From positions 1 to 64,000 of IMG/VR virus record IMGVR_UViG_3300027906_000002: a stretch of 64,000 nt of DNA. The stretch is one strand, 5' to 3'. The stretch comes from a virus. Each line of letters begins with the position of its first letter. The stretch's first letter is position 1. The position numbers were made by a program, and so were the translations under genes. A model generated the notes under the pieces. That model was not told where the DNA came from, ran no database searches, and saw only the letters and a program-made list of their open reading frames with translations. Positions 7,717 to 17,312 of this stretch are shown piece by piece.

Positions 7717-7745
7717 TTGACAGGATACAAAACTTCATATATAAT
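7717..7745 (+). promoter_or_regulatory. psbA sigma70-type promoter
   Basis: TTGACA-N17-TATAAT. Confidence 0.8.
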
Positions 7746-7750
7746 ATTGG

Positions 7751-7825
7751 TGTCTTCGATTGAGGACATTCATCTTCCCCCTAACCAAGACCAAGGGGTT
7801 ACAATGTCTTATTCATACCGTTCAC
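7751..7825 (+). ncRNA. Structured psbA 5' leader, PhotoRC-II-like
   Basis: Hairpin TGTCTTC/GAGGACA; hairpin CCCCT/AGGGG whose loop AAGAC can pair with GTCTT 7806-7810 (pseudoknot). Confidence 0.6.
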
Positions 7826-7847
7826 AAAATCGTTCTTTTAAAATCAA

Positions 7848-8930
7848 ATGACAACTCTTCAAAAGAGAGATGCTGGTTTGCTTGCGAATTGGACCGAGTT
7901 TGGTGATTGGGTAACAAGTACGAACAACCGCATTTATGTTGGTTGGTTCGGAGTCTTAATGATTCCTTGCTTGTTGGCTGCTGCCACTTGCTTCATCGTA
8001 GCATTCATTGCTGCTCCTCCCGTAGATATCGACGGGATTAGAGAACCTGTAGCGGGTTCTTTCATGTATGGTAACAACATCATCTCTGGTGCTGTAGTTC
8101 CATCCTCTAACGCTATCGGATTACACTTCTATCCCATCTGGGAAGCTGCCACAATAGATGAGTGGTTGTATAACGGAGGTCCATATCAGTTAGTAATCTT
8201 CCACTTCCTTATTGGAATCTCTGCTTACATGGGCAGACAGTGGGAACTTTCTTACCGTTTAGGAATGAGACCTTGGATCTGTGTTGCTTATAGTGCCCCA
8301 GTCTCGGCTGCCTTTGCAGTCTTCTTGGTCTATCCTTTCGGACAAGGATCATTCTCTGACGGTATGCCGTTGGGAATCTCAGGGACATTCAACTTTATGT
8401 TTGTCTTCCAAGCGGAACATAATATCCTCATGCATCCATTCCACATGGCGGGTGTCGCAGGTATGTTTGGAGGTGCTTTGTTCAGTGCTATGCACGGTTC
8501 ATTGGTTACATCTTCACTTATTCGTGAGACCACAGGTTTGGATTCGCAAAACTATGGTTACAAGTTTGGTCAAGAAGAAGAGACCTACAACATCGTTGCT
8601 GCTCATGGATACTTCGGACGTTTAATCTTCCAGTATGCATCATTCAACAACAGTAGATCTTTACACTTCTTCCTTGCTTCATGGCCTGTGATTTGTATCT
8701 GGTTAACTTCAATGGGTATATGCACAATGGCATTCAACCTCAATGGATTTAACTTCAACCAATCTATCGTTGATAGTGGTGGTAAGATTGTTCCTACTTG
8801 GGCAGACGTTCTTAACAGAGCTAACCTTGGTATGGAAGTAATGCATGAAAGAAATGCACACAACTTCCCACTTGACCTAGCATCTGCTGGTTCATCTGAA
8901 GTTGCACTCATTGCTCCTGCTGTTGGGTAA
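7848..8930 (+). CDS. psbA: Photosystem II D1 protein
   Basis: Uninterrupted 360 aa; [36 protein letters not shown]. Confidence 0.99.
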   Translation: MTTLQKRDAGLLANWTEFGDWVTSTNNRIYVGWFGVLMIPCLLAAATCFIVAFIAAPPVDIDGIREPVAGSFMYGNNIISGAVVPSSNAIGLHFYPIWEAATIDEWLYNGGPYQLVIFHFLIGISAYMGRQWELSYRLGMRPWICVAYSAPVSAAFAVFLVYPFGQGSFSDGMPLGISGTFNFMFVFQAEHNILMHPFHMAGVAGMFGGALFSAMHGSLVTSSLIRETTGLDSQNYGYKFGQEEETYNIVAAHGYFGRLIFQYASFNNSRSLHFFLASWPVICIWLTSMGICTMAFNLNGFNFNQSIVDSGGKIVPTWADVLNRANLGMEVMHERNAHNFPLDLASAGSSEVALIAPAVG

Positions 8931-8956
8931 AACCAAATTCAACTTTTAATTCCCAG

Positions 8957-8987
8957 ATACCCCGAAAAAAAATCGGGGTATTTTTTT
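8957..8987 (+). terminator. Intrinsic terminator
   Basis: ATACCCCGA/TCGGGGTAT followed by a T run. Confidence 0.85.
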
Positions 8988-9018
8988 GTCTAAATAGGTC
9001 AATCCTATATTTTATACT

Positions 9019-9309
9019 ATGGGCATTGACACACAAGGCATGAGCGGTCCTGTAGATCCGAACTATAATAGAAAAGGTGAGGTCAAGATACAACCGCACA
9101 AACCTATGACAATCACACCTCGTAGGTTGTTTACACCAGAGATGGTGAAGGAGGCAAAGATACTTATTAATGAAGTTCTTAACGAACGTGAGTATCAACG
9201 TAAGTTAAAGATGGCACATGATAATCCTACTCCACCAGGAGTATCTTATTTTGATGTAGAACACTTTAAACATTACATAAACGAAGATGAGCCAGAGTAC
9301 ATCCCATAA
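9019..9309 (+). CDS. Hypothetical protein
   Basis: ORF track, co-oriented. Confidence 0.65.
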   Translation: MGIDTQGMSGPVDPNYNRKGEVKIQPHKPMTITPRRLFTPEMVKEAKILINEVLNEREYQRKLKMAHDNPTPPGVSYFDVEHFKHYINEDEPEYIP

Positions 9310-9559
9310 CTATACTAATCCATCCGAGAGATTAGATACTGCCTACGTTGAGGCACAGGTTACCAAAGGTAAGAAGTATTATGATGAGCAAGGGTGGGAA
9401 ATTGCCCCACCTATGAGTGATAGAGAATGTATCTATCGCTGTTTAGAAAACTGTGAGTTACTTGCTGGACTTCATAAAGAACAAGTTCAGAGATTGATGA
9501 AGGACTTTGAGACCGAGAAGACAACCTTAGAAAGAAACGAGGAGTACCCATCACTATGA
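9287..9559 (+). CDS. Hypothetical protein
   Basis: ORF track; ATGA overlap with purN. Confidence 0.65.
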   Translation: MSQSTSHNYTNPSERLDTAYVEAQVTKGKKYYDEQGWEIAPPMSDRECIYRCLENCELLAGLHKEQVQRLMKDFETEKTTLERNEEYPSL

Positions 9560-10101
9560 GACTAGGCGTTATGTGTTCTGGAAACGGAACCAACTTCGAG
9601 AACATCCTTACAAATCCTCTTTGTAATACAAATGAGGTTGTGTTGATGATACACAACACTAAGAAGTGTGGTGCAATGGCAAGAGCAGCAAAGTTTGGCA
9701 TCCCTCATGTAAGGGTTGCACATAAGGATGAAGATCAAATGATAAAACTCTTTGAAGCATATCGTGTTGATCTAATCATACTAGCAGGATATATGAGGGT
9801 ACTTAAGAAACCTGATTCGTTTACTGCTCCTATAATTAATGTTCATCCTTCATTACTACCTAAGTACAAGGGTTTAAATGCAGTAGAACAAGCCCTAGAT
9901 AGTGGTGATGATGTTACAGGTTGCACTGTACATTATGTAACTGAAGAACTTGATGGTGGTCCAATCATCATGCAAGGAGAAGTACCTATTATGCCCAATG
10001 ACGATGTTATATCACTCACTAAAGCAATACAACGTCGTGAGTATGCACTTTTACCATCAGCAATAGAACATGTTAAGCAAGGATTACAGGTTGCGGTTTA
10101 G
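9556..10101 (+). CDS. purN: Phosphoribosylglycinamide formyltransferase
   Basis: SGNGTNF, LAGYMRVL, INVHPSLLP, GCTVHYV..LDGGPII. Confidence 0.96.
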   Translation: MRLGVMCSGNGTNFENILTNPLCNTNEVVLMIHNTKKCGAMARAAKFGIPHVRVAHKDEDQMIKLFEAYRVDLIILAGYMRVLKKPDSFTAPIINVHPSLLPKYKGLNAVEQALDSGDDVTGCTVHYVTEELDGGPIIMQGEVPIMPNDDVISLTKAIQRREYALLPSAIEHVKQGLQVAV

Positions 10102-10249
10102 TATAATCGCATGTAAGATACGTTTAGGTAGAGAGGTTCCATTATCTGACATGGTGTGGTATAATAAGTTACTCGAACATAACAATCACGCAAGAGGTAT
10201 ACATGAGAGAACAACTTATCAAGGCGGTACTAGCCCATGCCAGTGGTGA
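10070..10249 (+). CDS. Small hypothetical protein
   Basis: Manual translation MLSKDYRLRFSIIACKIRLGREVPLSDMVWYNKL...; fills the gap after purN. Confidence 0.4.
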   Translation: MLSKDYRLRFSIIACKIRLGREVPLSDMVWYNKLLEHNNHARGIHERTTYQGGTSPCQW

Positions 10250-10412
10250 AATAGAAAAACATAAAGCAAATGTCAATGTTTATCTTGAACATCCAGCAGG
10301 TATAGGAGAGCATTCAGATATTACTGAAGCAATTCAATGTGAGATAGATAAGATTGCTAGGTATCATGATCAGATAGAAGTCATTAGAACTTATTTTAGG
10401 ACAGGAGAATAA
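10203..10412 (+). CDS. Hypothetical protein
   Basis: SD GAGG before ATG; ORF track. Confidence 0.7.
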   Translation: MREQLIKAVLAHASGEIEKHKANVNVYLEHPAGIGEHSDITEAIQCEIDKIARYHDQIEVIRTYFRTGE

Positions 10413-10434
10413 ATAGTTAAAATTTAATATGTAA

Positions 10435-12714
10435 ATGGCATATTATTATCCTGAAGGAACTCCAGGACCAGTTTGCGATCCTCTAATGACGGATTGGCTT
10501 AATGCCAATCCGAAGTTTGCTGGTGAAGATGAGCCAGATCCGTGGCCAGATCCAGAGGGGTGGATATATCCCCCTTGGTTATGTGAAACTGGTTCTTGTC
10601 CTCCTGGAGAACCTTATCCACCTCCTATCATTAGAATAGGTAGGAAGTGTAAGGTAGCACCTGATGGTACATATTATGATTGTGAAGATGTATATAGCAG
10701 ACCATATCCAACATCAATTCCTTGGGATCCAGGCGAAACATTTGGATTAACTGATACATTTTTCACTCCTATAATGGATGTGGATTCATGTTCTCCTTTT
10801 GATAATGATATTAATATTCAACCTAAAAGATTTTATAAGCAAGATGGTACGTATACATTAAAATATAAGAGAGCAAAGTCATCTCCAGTTACTTTCAATG
10901 TTGATAGTCCAGAGTGGTGGAACGATCAAGCAAATCATTATTCTGTTTGGGTTAATCCAGAAGTATGTACTTTACCTGGAGAACCTCAGAGTGTTACTTA
11001 TTTGATTTCTATTCCTGTAGGAGACACCTATGGTTTCACATTTGGATGTGACATGGAAGGGCAGGTTATATTAAATGATAATTCGACTGCTTTAATCAGT
11101 GCTGTTGGAGGTAATCTTAATACAGGTACTTACACTACACCATACACAGCAACATCTACTCTATCATCGGGTACTTTAAAGGTAACTGTTAATGTAACGA
11201 ATGACTTTGGATGGAGAGATAGGTGGTGGATAAACCCTGCTGGTATTGCATGGAGAATTACTAATAATGCTGGTGGTGCTGAGATTGCAAACTCATTGAA
11301 ATGTACTACCAATGCTAATGAAGGTACTAATACAACTAACTGGCTGCAGATAGGAACACCTAATAATCCAGCAGTTCCTTGGACACAGTTCCTAAAAGAT
11401 TATGCAATCTATTCAGTTAAACCTGCGGATGATATTGTAGATCCTTATCTTAATAGTTGGCAGTTTGCTGAGACTACTATTGATATAGCGTCAGAGATTA
11501 CAGTCACTTTCCAGGTAGAATCTGATAATGATAGTAAGATGACTTGGATTGATCCTGTAGGTAACCTACTCATCAATAAGGAAGTTACTTATACAAATGG
11601 TATGGGTGGAGAAACATTTACCCTTACACTTTTACCTGGCACACATTTAATAAAGTTTGAAGTTAGAAATAGATTAGTTGGAGATCCATATGCATGGGCA
11701 GATAATCCAGGTGGATGGTATCTTTTAATTTGTAGAGGTGCTCCATGTACAGTACCATTTACACCTCAGTGGGTTAGATCTGGTCCTCATCCTGCATGGT
11801 CAGACTTTATGGATCAGTATGCAGTATATCCATCAAACACTGAGACTCAATCGGGTATCACACACAATGGATGTTGGACTGCTACTGTTACTAACCCAAG
11901 TACAATGATCCTTGAGGTTCAGGCAGATAACTGGGCAGAATTTATATGGGATGGTGCTAATATAGGATCTGTAGGACAGAATGTATCACCTTTCAATGGT
12001 TCTTTCACTACTAGTACATTCTTTACTATTAATAATGTTGCAGCAGGTGGTCATGAATTATGTGTTAATTGTTTGAATGGTACAGGTAATGATGACTGGG
12101 CTACTAATCCAGGTGGTATGGCATTCAAGATGACTGACTCTTTAGGTAATGTTATACTTACCTCACTTGATTTATTCCCACCAACATCAGATATTATTGA
12201 AGAAGATCATCCAAATTTACTTTGGCATACTAGGATGGCATCAGGGTATGAATATTATGAGTTAGAACCTACATGCGTACCTACTGGTGGTATTACTACT
12301 GCTGGATATGCTAGAACTACTAAGGGATACCTTAAGTTTAATGATGGGTTTACATTACTAGGAAACTATGTAACAAGTTATATTCCTACTTGGTTGACTA
12401 TGACAATCAAAACAGGTTATACTTATCAACAGGTCTTTGATCAAATTGTATCTTCTTATGCAACTATTATAAGTAGGAAGCCAGAGGCAGATGGATTTGA
12501 TTACTGGGTTGATTCATTCAAGACTAATAGTAGTTGGACATTATCAGATCTTAATAATGCAATAAGTGTATCTGCTAATCTACCTACCAATGGTGAATTA
12601 TTATTACATACTGCACACAATGGTGTTCAAGGTAACTATAATGAATGTAATGTTAACTTCTTTGCATCAGATTATGCCCAACAATATGCAAGTAGTATTA
12701 ATGTATGTTATTAA
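10435..12714 (+). CDS. Large, probably virion-associated protein with repeated beta-sandwich modules
   Basis: Pro-rich N-terminus; three modules ending NP(A/G)G(I/W/M); late-promoter-like AATAAATA at 10408. Confidence 0.6.
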   Translation: MAYYYPEGTPGPVCDPLMTDWLNANPKFAGEDEPDPWPDPEGWIYPPWLCETGSCPPGEPYPPPIIRIGRKCKVAPDGTYYDCEDVYSRPYPTSIPWDPGETFGLTDTFFTPIMDVDSCSPFDNDINIQPKRFYKQDGTYTLKYKRAKSSPVTFNVDSPEWWNDQANHYSVWVNPEVCTLPGEPQSVTYLISIPVGDTYGFTFGCDMEGQVILNDNSTALISAVGGNLNTGTYTTPYTATSTLSSGTLKVTVNVTNDFGWRDRWWINPAGIAWRITNNAGGAEIANSLKCTTNANEGTNTTNWLQIGTPNNPAVPWTQFLKDYAIYSVKPADDIVDPYLNSWQFAETTIDIASEITVTFQVESDNDSKMTWIDPVGNLLINKEVTYTNGMGGETFTLTLLPGTHLIKFEVRNRLVGDPYAWADNPGGWYLLICRGAPCTVPFTPQWVRSGPHPAWSDFMDQYAVYPSNTETQSGITHNGCWTATVTNPSTMILEVQADNWAEFIWDGANIGSVGQNVSPFNGSFTTSTFFTINNVAAGGHELCVNCLNGTGNDDWATNPGGMAFKMTDSLGNVILTSLDLFPPTSDIIEEDHPNLLWHTRMASGYEYYELEPTCVPTGGITTAGYARTTKGYLKFNDGFTLLGNYVTSYIPTWLTMTIKTGYTYQQVFDQIVSSYATIISRKPEADGFDYWVDSFKTNSSWTLSDLNNAISVSANLPTNGELLLHTAHNGVQGNYNECNVNFFASDYAQQYASSINVCY

Positions 12715-12761
12715 TGGATCAATATGAATACCTTAAGAGACAACACTATCTGGCAACACAC

Positions 12762-12998
12762 ATGGAATTAACAGAAGAAAATGTAGTAAGGGTACTAGAA
12801 GAACTAGTACCTTATATTGAAGCAGATGGTGGATTCCTTCAGCTCGTAGAGATAGAAGAGGAGACAGGGTATGTCAAAGTACGGTTGGGTGGTGCATGTG
12901 AGACATGTGCTATGAGTACTATGACATTGAAGCAAGGTATAGAACGTAAACTGATGGAAGAAATTCCTGATGTTGTTGCTGTTATTCAGGTACTATAA
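12762..12998 (+). CDS. NifU/NfuA C-terminal domain protein (Fe-S carrier)
   Basis: PYIEADGG..V.VRLGGACETCAMSTMTLKQGIE; start could be 12705-12714. Confidence 0.88.
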   Translation: MELTEENVVRVLEELVPYIEADGGFLQLVEIEEETGYVKVRLGGACETCAMSTMTLKQGIERKLMEEIPDVVAVIQVL

Positions 12999-13219
12999 TG
13001 GAACTACCAAAAATTAAAAAAGAAAATCTAACACAAGAACTAAGAGAGGTCGTTGGTGACGGTGATCTTGAATTTGATTCAATAGTTAACCCTGCTGATG
13101 TCATCGTTCTTCCTTCAGATGTTGATGGGTATCGGGAGGAGAGACAGAAAACTGCAGAGATGTTGATAGAGTCAAGGAAAAAATTACACCAGTTAAGATC
13201 CGAGGTACGGAAGACTTGA
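12998..13219 (+). CDS. Hypothetical protein
   Basis: TAATG coupling to the NifU-like gene. Confidence 0.65.
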   Translation: MELPKIKKENLTQELREVVGDGDLEFDSIVNPADVIVLPSDVDGYREERQKTAEMLIESRKKLHQLRSEVRKT

Positions 13220-13249
13220 CAAGTATGTAAAGTTATGTTATTATAAATA
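13216..13249 (+). promoter_or_regulatory. Overlapping sigma70-type and late promoters
   Basis: TTGACA-N17-TATTAT, and TATAAATA at 13242. Confidence 0.65.
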
Positions 13250-13261
13250 CCATCATACAAA

Positions 13262-13352
13262 GGACTCGAAATTATCGTAACCCTGCGTAGATGTAAAACG
13301 ATTCCCATGTCGGGGAGTCTATCATCCGTGGGGTTTTTTTAATGCCTTGCGA
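13262..13352 (+). ncRNA. Structured 5' leader (attenuator- or riboswitch-like)
   Basis: Nested stems ACCCTGCG/CGTGGGGT, GATG/CATC, GATTCCC/GGGAGTC, then T7. Confidence 0.5.
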
Positions 13353-13370
13353 GATACTTTTAAAACAATC

Positions 13371-13766
13371 ATGTCTATCAAATCAACAATCGCTGCTGTA
13401 GCAGCATCACCATTCCTACTCGCTGGAGCCGCTTTTGCTGGTCCTTATGTGAACGTAGAAAGCAACCTTAGCTATCCTGATGGAGAGTACTCTGCTGCAA
13501 CAACAGACGTACATATCGGATACGAAGGTACTGTAGGTGCTGACGGTTCTATCGCTTATTATGTTCAAGGTGGTCCTTCACTAGTTCATTCAGAAACTGC
13601 TGACGATACAGAAACAGAACTTTCTGGTAAGATCGGTGCTTCTGTTCCTGTTACTGAGTCTCTTGCTGCTTATGCTGAGATCTCTGGTGCTACTGCAGGA
13701 GAAGATTCTTCTGGAGACACAATCCGTAACTGGGGTGCTAAGCTTGGTGCTAAGTTCGTATTCTAA
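13371..13766 (+). CDS. Putative small outer-membrane beta-barrel protein
   Basis: Signal peptide ending AFA; amphipathic beta strands; C-terminal Phe (KFVF). Confidence 0.7.
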   Translation: MSIKSTIAAVAASPFLLAGAAFAGPYVNVESNLSYPDGEYSAATTDVHIGYEGTVGADGSIAYYVQGGPSLVHSETADDTETELSGKIGASVPVTESLAAYAEISGATAGEDSSGDTIRNWGAKLGAKFVF

Positions 13767-13786
13767 GTCGAACTGAATATCTAAAT

Positions 13787-13813
13787 AAAGGGTGACTTCG
13801 GTCACCCTTTTTT
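13787..13813 (+). terminator. Intrinsic terminator
   Basis: AAAGGGTGAC-TTCG-GTCACCCTTT followed by Ts. Confidence 0.9.
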
Positions 13814-13828
13814 ATTCTCTAATTAAAT

Positions 13829-14065
13829 ATGAATTTTACAGTCTATTCAAAGGATGGTTGTCCATACTGTGCAAGGATCAAGTCAGTCTTGTCTGCTAAA
13901 GGTTTAAGTTTTGTTGAATACAACTTGGGGGTTGACTTTGAGCAGAAAGCATTCTATGATCAGTTCGGTAATGGATCAACATTCCCCCAAGTCGTTTTAA
14001 ATAATGAAAATCTTGGTGGATGTAATGATGCTGTTAAATACCTTCGAGACAAGAACCTTATCTGA
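13829..14065 (+). CDS. nrdC: Glutaredoxin
   Basis: CPYC, TFPQV, LGGC. Confidence 0.93.
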   Translation: MNFTVYSKDGCPYCARIKSVLSAKGLSFVEYNLGVDFEQKAFYDQFGNGSTFPQVVLNNENLGGCNDAVKYLRDKNLI

Positions 14066-14412
14066 TGGAAGAATTTTACGACCTTGTTGAACATGCTATT
14101 GATGCTGCATTTGAAAAGGAAATATATCTTTTCAAATGTTATCGCTACCTAAAGCATATCAAGGCAACTCGTAAACAAGTGAAAGAATTTATTGACTCTA
14201 GTACAGCAGGAGAGTTAGCTCTCGTAGTGTATGATCTAGATCAATATATTAAAGGTGGTTCAGATAATGAACACCAACAACTTAGAGAAGCATACGGTCA
14301 CTTAGGTAAGCCTAGAGCAAGAAAGATACGAAAGTATCTTCACACTATTCTTAGTGATGCTTGGCAATACGAGATAGATCGTAAGCCAGGTCGTAAGAAA
14401 CTCTCTAAATAA
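14065..14412 (+). CDS. Hypothetical protein
   Basis: ORF track; TGATG coupling. Confidence 0.7.
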   Translation: MEEFYDLVEHAIDAAFEKEIYLFKCYRYLKHIKATRKQVKEFIDSSTAGELALVVYDLDQYIKGGSDNEHQQLREAYGHLGKPRARKIRKYLHTILSDAWQYEIDRKPGRKKLSK

Positions 14413-14432
14413 AAATAACTGCACGGAGAACT

Positions 14433-14663
14433 ATGGAACCAATGATGATCGCACTGGTTGTACTAGTTGTTATAGGAGCATTTATCCTTGGGGTAACTGT
14501 TTCGTGGCTAGCAAAAGGATACGTTGAAGACTATGTTGAAAACGCTGCCTATGCTAGAGCAGTTATACATCCAGAGATGCTGGATGTTAACGGTAATATA
14601 ATTCATGACGAATTAATTTACCTTCGCAAAGAAACTGAATTTGATGAGGACACTGAGGATTAA
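14433..14663 (+). CDS. Small membrane protein
   Basis: N-terminal TM helix; SD GGAG. Confidence 0.7.
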   Translation: MEPMMIALVVLVVIGAFILGVTVSWLAKGYVEDYVENAAYARAVIHPEMLDVNGNIIHDELIYLRKETEFDEDTED

Positions 14664-14665
14664 TT

Positions 14666-15133
14666 ATGCCAGCTAAATCACTTGATAATAGTAACAGTAG
14701 GTTACTTATTAGCGAGGTCTTGAGAAAGGTCTCGAATGCAAAAACTAAAGCAGAGAAGATCAAACTTCTCCAAACAAATAATAGTCAGGCTCTTAGGTCT
14801 CTATTAATATGGAACTTTGATGAGAGTGTCATCTCTATGATTCCTGAAGGTGATGTACCTTACACACCTAATGATGCACCAGTAGGGACTGATCACACTC
14901 GTCTGGAGTCCGAATACAGGGGTTTCTATCGCTTTGTAAAGGGTGGTCAAGATACTTTGAAGTCACTTAAGCGTGAGTCTATGTTTGTTCAACTGTTAGA
15001 AGGTTTATCAGCAGAAGAAGCAGAGTTGTTATGTCTTGTTAAAGATGGTAACTTAACTTCAAAATATAAGCGTATTACTAGAGCAGTAATAACAGAAGCA
15101 TTTCCTGCTATTGAATGGGGTAATAGATCGTGA
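14666..15133 (+). CDS. Hypothetical protein
   Basis: ORF track, 155 aa. Confidence 0.75.
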   Translation: MPAKSLDNSNSRLLISEVLRKVSNAKTKAEKIKLLQTNNSQALRSLLIWNFDESVISMIPEGDVPYTPNDAPVGTDHTRLESEYRGFYRFVKGGQDTLKSLKRESMFVQLLEGLSAEEAELLCLVKDGNLTSKYKRITRAVITEAFPAIEWGNRS

Positions 15134-15417
15134 GTAGTAAAGATGTTAGAGTCTTCCATGAAGATTGTGACCCTACACTTGCAAATGATAAGAAATTACC
15201 CTATAGTGCATACTTAATAGAGTATATGAAAGAGGATCGTATTGCCTATGACATTGCTATGACTGGTAGTCTGGTAAGACTCTTTGATCATTACTACGAT
15301 AAGTATAAGAAAGATTTTAGATCTTTTAAACAATCTGAAGGTACTATCAATCCAACATTATGGAACCCACCCAAGAAAGCAAAAGCACCCAACCAACAAC
15401 CTCGAAAGAAAGGATGA
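15130..15417 (+). CDS. Hypothetical protein
   Basis: GTGA overlap with the upstream ORF. Confidence 0.65.
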   Translation: MSSKDVRVFHEDCDPTLANDKKLPYSAYLIEYMKEDRIAYDIAMTGSLVRLFDHYYDKYKKDFRSFKQSEGTINPTLWNPPKKAKAPNQQPRKKG

Positions 15418-15659
15418 GTGTATACTTTGACAATAAAGTCAAGGTTAAAGATTCACAAGAAAAGAAAAAGGTTGAAGACATTAAGAGAGGAGCTGAAGCA
15501 GCTGCTAATCTTATCAGACCTTTAGTTCTTATGTTATTATGGAACTGGATAATGCCAGGTCTATTTGGTCTTCAAACGATAGGTTATCTAAAGGCGTTTG
15601 GTCTTTATATAATGTCTCGCATTTTATTTAATCATGAGGATGTAGATTACGATGAGTAA
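15414..15659 (+). CDS. Small membrane protein
   Basis: ATGA overlap at 15414; LWNWIMPGLFGL hydrophobic hairpin. Confidence 0.65.
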   Translation: MSVYFDNKVKVKDSQEKKKVEDIKRGAEAAANLIRPLVLMLLWNWIMPGLFGLQTIGYLKAFGLYIMSRILFNHEDVDYDE

Positions 15660-16299
15660 TGTTTCTTTAGTCTCTGTGACTCCTGATGCAGAGAAAACTA
15701 TTGGTTATATTGCTAGGGTATCTAACCCAAACAACCAAGACAATCCGAAGGTTGCTGGTCTGTTAGCATATTGTATCAAGCATGGACACTGGAGTGTCTT
15801 TGAGCAAGCACACATGACCCTAGAGATTGAAACTACTAGAGGTCTTGCTGCACAGATACTTAGGCACAGATCATTTACTTATCAAGAATTTTCACAGAGG
15901 TATGCTGATAGTAGTATGCTAGCTGATGTAATCCCTTTACCTAAATTACGTCGTCAGGATACTAAGAATAGACAGAACTCTACAGATGATTTGGATAGGT
16001 TTATAGTACAAGATTTTGAATTGGAAATGCAGAAGCATTTCGCAGAAGGAATGAAATTATATAAGAAGATGTTAGATGAAGGTGTTGCTAAGGAGTGTGC
16101 TAGGTTTGTCCTACCACTTGCTACACCAACAAAGCTTTATATGACTGGTAGTATACGTTCGTGGATCCACTACATAGATTTACGTTCTGCACATGGAACC
16201 CAAAAGGAACACATGGATATCGCAGAAGCATGTAGGGATATATTCATAGAGCAATTCCCTGCTACTGCAGAAGCGTTAGATTATGTACACACCCAATAA
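15652..16299 (+). CDS. thyX: Flavin-dependent thymidylate synthase
   Basis: GHWSVFE, QILRHRSFTYQEFSQRY, KECARFVLP. Confidence 0.96.
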   Translation: MSNVSLVSVTPDAEKTIGYIARVSNPNNQDNPKVAGLLAYCIKHGHWSVFEQAHMTLEIETTRGLAAQILRHRSFTYQEFSQRYADSSMLADVIPLPKLRRQDTKNRQNSTDDLDRFIVQDFELEMQKHFAEGMKLYKKMLDEGVAKECARFVLPLATPTKLYMTGSIRSWIHYIDLRSAHGTQKEHMDIAEACRDIFIEQFPATAEALDYVHTQ

Positions 16300-16311
16300 C
16301 ACATACCAGAG

Positions 16312-16542
16312 ATGCCTACTTACGATTTTATTAATAAGGAAACAGGTGAGGTTACTGAACATCATATGTCAATGACTAAACTTGATCAGTTCAAAGAAGA
16401 TCATCCAGAGTTGGATAGATACTTTGGTAATCAAGCCACCTCTGCTACTTACGGCAAACCTAAAATGGATGATGGATTTAAGGAAGCCATGTCCAAAGTA
16501 CAGGAGGCACATCCACTTGCAAACTTGAGTCGCTTTACATAA
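16312..16542 (+). CDS. FmdB-like small protein
   Basis: MPTYDF..TGEV start; position before phoH. Confidence 0.55.
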   Translation: MPTYDFINKETGEVTEHHMSMTKLDQFKEDHPELDRYFGNQATSATYGKPKMDDGFKEAMSKVQEAHPLANLSRFT

Positions 16543-17312
16543 TGCCAAGAGCCAGAAAGAAATCCAACGGTAATGGTAATGGTACTGCACCAATCCAACC
16601 AATGTCTAAGAAGATGATGAAGAGGAAGAAACCTATTGATAAGTCATACATGACTGATATCAAACCTCTTACTGATAATCAAACGATTGCGTTTGATGAG
16701 TATAAGAAGGGGAAGAATCTTCTGTTGCATGGTGCTGCTGGTACAGGTAAGACATTCATTATGCTTTACCTAGCACTACAAGAAGTGTTAGATGAACAGT
16801 CACCTCACGATAAGATATACATTGTAAGGTCACTCGTACCTACTAGAGAGATTGGATTTCTTCCTGGTGATCATGAAGATAAGTCATACTTATATCAGAT
16901 ACCTTACAAAAATATGGTGAGGTATATGTTTGGTATGCCTGACGATAATTCATTTGAAATGTTGTACGATAACTTAAGATCTCAAGAGACCATTGACTTC
17001 TGGAGTACCTCATTCATTAGAGGAACTACATTAGATAATGCTATTGTTATTGTAGATGAGTTCAGTAACTTGAATTTTCATGAATTAGATAGTATAATAA
17101 CAAGAGTAGGTGAGGACTCTAAGATTATGTTCTGTGGTGACATCACCCAGACAGATCTAACAAGAGAAGCAGAGAAGTCTAAGATATCAGACTTTATTCA
17201 GATCCTTCAGGAGATGAATGACTTTGCTTGTATTGAGTTTGGTATAGATGACATCGTAAGATCTGGTCTAGTCAAACAATATCTAATCACAAAATATAAT
17301 CTTGGTTTCTAA
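16542..17312 (+). CDS. phoH: PhoH-family ATPase
   Basis: GAAGTGKT, GFLPG, FIRGTTLDNAIVIVDE, CGD..Q.D, IVRSGLV. Confidence 0.95.
   Translation: MPRARKKSNGNGNGTAPIQPMSKKMMKRKKPIDKSYMTDIKPLTDNQTIAFDEYKKGKNLLLHGAAGTGKTFIMLYLALQEVLDEQSPHDKIYIVRSLVPTREIGFLPGDHEDKSYLYQIPYKNMVRYMFGMPDDNSFEMLYDNLRSQETIDFWSTSFIRGTTLDNAIVIVDEFSNLNFHELDSIITRVGEDSKIMFCGDITQTDLTREAEKSKISDFIQILQEMNDFACIEFGIDDIVRSGLVKQYLITKYNLGF

Noticed and set aside
7848-8930. Intron or homing endonuclease in or next to psbA, or an adjacent psbD
   Set aside because: psbA is uninterrupted and followed by a terminator and unrelated small ORFs
16312-16542. FmdB-like protein lacking Zn-binding Cys as a pseudogene
   Set aside because: ORF is intact and tightly coupled to phoH; nothing indicates decay
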